Below are positions 28,928-32,000 of a stretch of 32,000 nucleotides of DNA, one piece after another; the first letter of the stretch is position 1, and each line of letters begins with the position of its first letter. Origin of the DNA: Okeania sp. (GTDB taxonomy: Bacteria; Cyanobacteriota; Cyanobacteriia; Cyanobacteriales; Microcoleaceae); NCBI RefSeq assembly GCF_035285525.1, contig NZ_JAYKGW010000155.1, forward strand, positions 1 through 32,000, given 5' to 3'. Position numbers and translations under genes: made by a program. The notes beneath the pieces were generated by a model. It searched no databases. It was not told the DNA's origin and saw nothing but the letters and a program-made list of their open reading frames with translations.

Positions 28928-29052
28928 TAGGGAGTAGGGGAGTAGGGAAGTAGGAAAGTAGGGGAGTGGAGGAGTAGGGGAGAGAGATTATTGTTGGGTT
29001 TCGGGTTCCTTAACCCAAAAATAATCTATTGCATCATTTAAGGTGTGTCAGT
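28928..29052. repeat. Second copy of the composite repeat: (GGGGAGTA)n + GTTGGGTTTCGG...AACCCAA + CATTTAAGGTGTGTCAGTCTA
   Basis: Collinear with 12420-12574. Confidence 0.7.
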
Positions 29053-29538
29053 CTACTACTAGATAAAATCAATAGTAGGGGAGGGTTTTAGCTAGAATTT
29101 TAATGCTTACTCTCAGACTTACATAAACCCGCCCTCATGCACAAAATTAGTTACGGTAGTTTACTAAAATTTTTGCTATTTTTTTGTACAAAGTTTGACA
29201 TAATTAGCATCTGCTGAATAAATATAGCTGAATAAATATAAAAGTATTCAGAGATAAAGATTTCAGTATTTTTATGGTCAGAAAAAGTGCAAGTTTTTAG
29301 GTGGCTAAGGTTCAAAACCTGAGCATTTTAGATTCACACTTGAGGTGAAAAATTAAGAGACAATTCTTACTTATAGGTAATCTATAACTTTCATTCCTCC
29401 TAAATTCTTCTCCTGGGATGGGTTAGGGGTGGGTTTACTCCCTACTCCCTACCTTAACAAAAATACTTTTTCAGCAAACCCTAATTAATGAGATAATAAA
29501 ACAGCCAAAAAATTAACTCAATTTTCCAGTTATAAATT

Positions 29539-31866
29539 ATGTCACAAACTCCCTTTTCTCCAGAAGAAATAGCATCCGAAGGTATCAAAGCCGAAGAATA
29601 TCAAGAAATTATCAACCGTCTTGGTCGCCACCCGAATAAAGCAGAACTAGGAATGTTCGGGGTCATGTGGTCTGAACACTGCTGCTACAAAAACTCCCGC
29701 CCTCTCCTCAAACAATTTCCAACCACCGGGAAACGCATCCTTGTCGGACCGGGAGAAAACGCTGGAGTGGTAGACTTAGACAACGGACTCCAACTCGCTT
29801 TCAAAATTGAATCCCACAACCACCCATCCGCTGTTGAACCATTCCAAGGTGCTGCCACTGGAGTCGGGGGTATTCTCCGAGATATTTTCACAATGGGTGC
29901 GCGTCCTATCGCCGTACTCAATTCTCTCCGTTTCGGTTCCCTAGAAGATGCCAAAACTAAACACCTATTTACTGGAGTCATTTCTGGTATTTCTCACTAC
30001 GGGAACTGTTTCGGTGTACCTACCGTCGGTGGAGAAATTTATTTTGATCGCGCTTACGCAGGCAACCCCCTAGTCAATGTGATGGCATTGGGATTAATGG
30101 AAACACCCGAAATTGTAAAATCTGGTGCATCCGGTATTGGCAACCCAGTTTTATACGTCGGTTCCACCACAGGTAGAGACGGTATGGGAGGAGCAAGTTT
30201 CGCCAGTGCCGAACTCAGCGAACAGTCAATAGATGATCGCCCCGCCGTCCAGGTAGGCGATCCATTTTTAGAAAAATGTTTAGTGGAAGCTTGTTTGGAA
30301 GCATTCAAAACTGGAGCAGTAGTAGCAGCACAAGATATGGGAGCTGCTGGTATCACCTGTTCCACTTCAGAAATGGCAGCAAACGGAGGTGTTGGTATTG
30401 AATTTGACTTGGATAAAGTACCAGTCCGAGAAACTGGCATGGTTCCCTACGAATATTTGCTCTCAGAATCTCAGGAACGAATGTTATTTGTTGCTGAAAA
30501 AGGTCGCGAACAAGAATTAATTGATATTTTTGAACGTTGGGAACTTCATGCAGTGGTAGCAGGTACAGTTATCGAAGCACCTATTGTGCGCATTTTCTTC
30601 CAGGGAAAAATTGCTGCCGAAATACCTGCTAGTGCTTTGGCAGATAATACTCCTCTTTATCACCGGGAATTATTGACTGAACCGCCAGGATATGCTAAAA
30701 AAGCTTGGCAGTGGAATGTGGAATCATTGCCATCATGTACGGAACAGGGTATGGAAATTAAGGGAAATTTTCAAACCTGGAATCAGATTTTACTGACTTT
30801 ATTAGACACTCCAACTATTGCTTCTAAAAATTGGGTGTATCAGCAATACGACTATCAAGTACAGAATAATACTGTGATGTTGCCTGGTGGTGCTGATGCT
30901 GCTGTGATTCGGTTACGTTCCCAAATTTATGATTTTAACAACCCAACTACAAATTCCGGTGTTGCTGCCACAGTTGATTGTAATTCCCGTTGGGTTTATC
31001 TCGATCCCTACAGGGGTGCAAAAGCGGTAGTAGCAGAAGCAGCAAGAAATCTCAGTTGTGTGGGTGCTGAACCTGTGGCAGTTACAGATAATCTCAATTT
31101 TGGTAGTCCGGAAAAGCCTGTAGGATATTGGCAGTTAGCAGAGAGTTGTCGTGGTATTGCTGAAGGTTGTCGGGAGTTGGGAACTCCTGTGACTGGTGGG
31201 AATGTATCTTTATATAATGAGACTTTGGATGCTGACGGTGTTCCCCAGGCAATTTATCCGACTCCAGTGGTGGGAATGGTGGGATTAATTCCTGATATCA
31301 CTCGTATTTGTGGTCAAGGTTGGCAAACTGAGGGCGATATTATCTATTTAATTGGAAATTTAATGGGTAGTTCTTTAGCTGCTTCTGAATATTTGGCAAC
31401 TGTTCATGGTGTGGTTGCTGGAAAACCGATGGAAGTAGATTTTGATTTGGAAAAGCGGGTGCAAGGAGTTTGTCGTTATGGTATTCGTGAAGGTTGGTTG
31501 CGTTCTGCTCACGATAGTGGTGAGGGAGGTTTAGCGATCGCTTTGGCGGAATGTTGTATTAGTGGGAAGTTAGGAGCTAAGATTATTTGGGAATTATCTG
31601 ATGTTTCTGCTTGGCGATGGGATGAATTTTTATTTGGTGAAGGTGGTTGCCGAATATTGGTTTCTGTTGCGCCAGAAAATCAGATAATCTGGGAATCATA
31701 TCTTCAGGAAAATTTGGCAGATTTTTGGCAGAAAATTGGTTTGGTGGAGAATGCTGAAAGTGATTTACAAATTTTAGTTAATGAGAGTTTGTGTTTGATT
31801 AATGTAGAAATGGGAGAAATGAGCGATCGCTTTGAAAATTCTATTGAAAGACGTTTGAATTTTTAG
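29539..31866 (+). CDS. purL: Phosphoribosylformylglycinamidine synthase subunit II (FGAM synthase, PurL)
   Basis: 775 aa with typical PurL blocks: [72 protein letters not shown] and [10 protein letters not shown]. Confidence 0.98.
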   Translation: MSQTPFSPEEIASEGIKAEEYQEIINRLGRHPNKAELGMFGVMWSEHCCYKNSRPLLKQFPTTGKRILVGPGENAGVVDLDNGLQLAFKIESHNHPSAVEPFQGAATGVGGILRDIFTMGARPIAVLNSLRFGSLEDAKTKHLFTGVISGISHYGNCFGVPTVGGEIYFDRAYAGNPLVNVMALGLMETPEIVKSGASGIGNPVLYVGSTTGRDGMGGASFASAELSEQSIDDRPAVQVGDPFLEKCLVEACLEAFKTGAVVAAQDMGAAGITCSTSEMAANGGVGIEFDLDKVPVRETGMVPYEYLLSESQERMLFVAEKGREQELIDIFERWELHAVVAGTVIEAPIVRIFFQGKIAAEIPASALADNTPLYHRELLTEPPGYAKKAWQWNVESLPSCTEQGMEIKGNFQTWNQILLTLLDTPTIASKNWVYQQYDYQVQNNTVMLPGGADAAVIRLRSQIYDFNNPTTNSGVAATVDCNSRWVYLDPYRGAKAVVAEAARNLSCVGAEPVAVTDNLNFGSPEKPVGYWQLAESCRGIAEGCRELGTPVTGGNVSLYNETLDADGVPQAIYPTPVVGMVGLIPDITRICGQGWQTEGDIIYLIGNLMGSSLAASEYLATVHGVVAGKPMEVDFDLEKRVQGVCRYGIREGWLRSAHDSGEGGLAIALAECCISGKLGAKIIWELSDVSAWRWDEFLFGEGGCRILVSVAPENQIIWESYLQENLADFWQKIGLVENAESDLQILVNESLCLINVEMGEMSDRFENSIERRLNF

Positions 31867-32000
31867 CTTGAAGTAGTTAGTTTGTAGTTGGTGCGTGACA
31901 CTACAAACCCTACAGGAGAAGTGACTCCTCCGTTCACTATTGATTTAACAAAATTGGAAGGGTTATCCCAGGATATACTTAGTAAACTTGGGAATCTTTC

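Noticed and set aside
28748-28930. A 60-aa ORF.
   Set aside because: It is coextensive with the 159-bp MITE at 28764-28922, so its codons are hairpin arms.
29194-29228. A TTGACA-N17-ATAAAT promoter-like sequence about 300 nt upstream of purL.
   Set aside because: This is a plausible sigma70-type match, but such matches are frequent in AT-rich sequence and there is no supporting evidence, so I did not report it as a feature.
31891-32000. An open frame from a GTG at 31891 to the window end (VRDTTNPTGEVTPPFTIDLTKLEGLSQDILSKLGNL).
   Set aside because: It is only 36 codons, with no ATG, RBS or recognisable motif. I cannot distinguish it from chance, though it may be the start of a gene continuing beyond the window.

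Overview
This is a chromosomal segment from a cyanobacterium, most likely a filamentous, Nostocales-type one. The sequence is AT-rich. It carries 10 copies of the HIP1 octamer GCGATCGC, STRR-like heptamer tandem repeats, and typical cyanobacterial genes (CP12, RpaA, a CurT/CAAD protein, PEP-CTERM proteins).

The conserved housekeeping genes all look intact:
- metallophosphoesterase
- FIST-domain protein
- cp12
- ATP synthase beta and epsilon subunits
- minC, minD and minE
- rpaA
- aroA
- a curT-like gene
- purL

Only about 54% of the window is coding by my calls. The large intergenic spaces are packed with several families of small palindromic MITE-like elements.

The most interesting part is the accessory stretch of about 9 kb between minC and rpaA (about 12.9-21.8 kb), which contains two things:
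- A 2.3-kb tandem duplication. Each unit has a long conserved non-coding leader with an internally doubled ~135-nt module, plus a PEP-CTERM secreted protein. The signal peptide and sorting tail are nearly identical between the two genes, but the mature domain is highly diverged.
- A secreted homologue of eukaryote-type protein-arginine deiminase (PAD). It keeps the Asp/His/Asp catalytic motifs but has Asp in place of the nucleophilic Cys, and the whole PAD-like region lacks cysteine. This gene is bracketed by near-identical MITE copies.

A decayed RTX/bluetail-type calcium-binding gene fragment, truncated by a MITE, lies upstream of purL. I found no rRNA, tRNA or CRISPR array. All homology statements come from motif recognition by eye; no searches were run.
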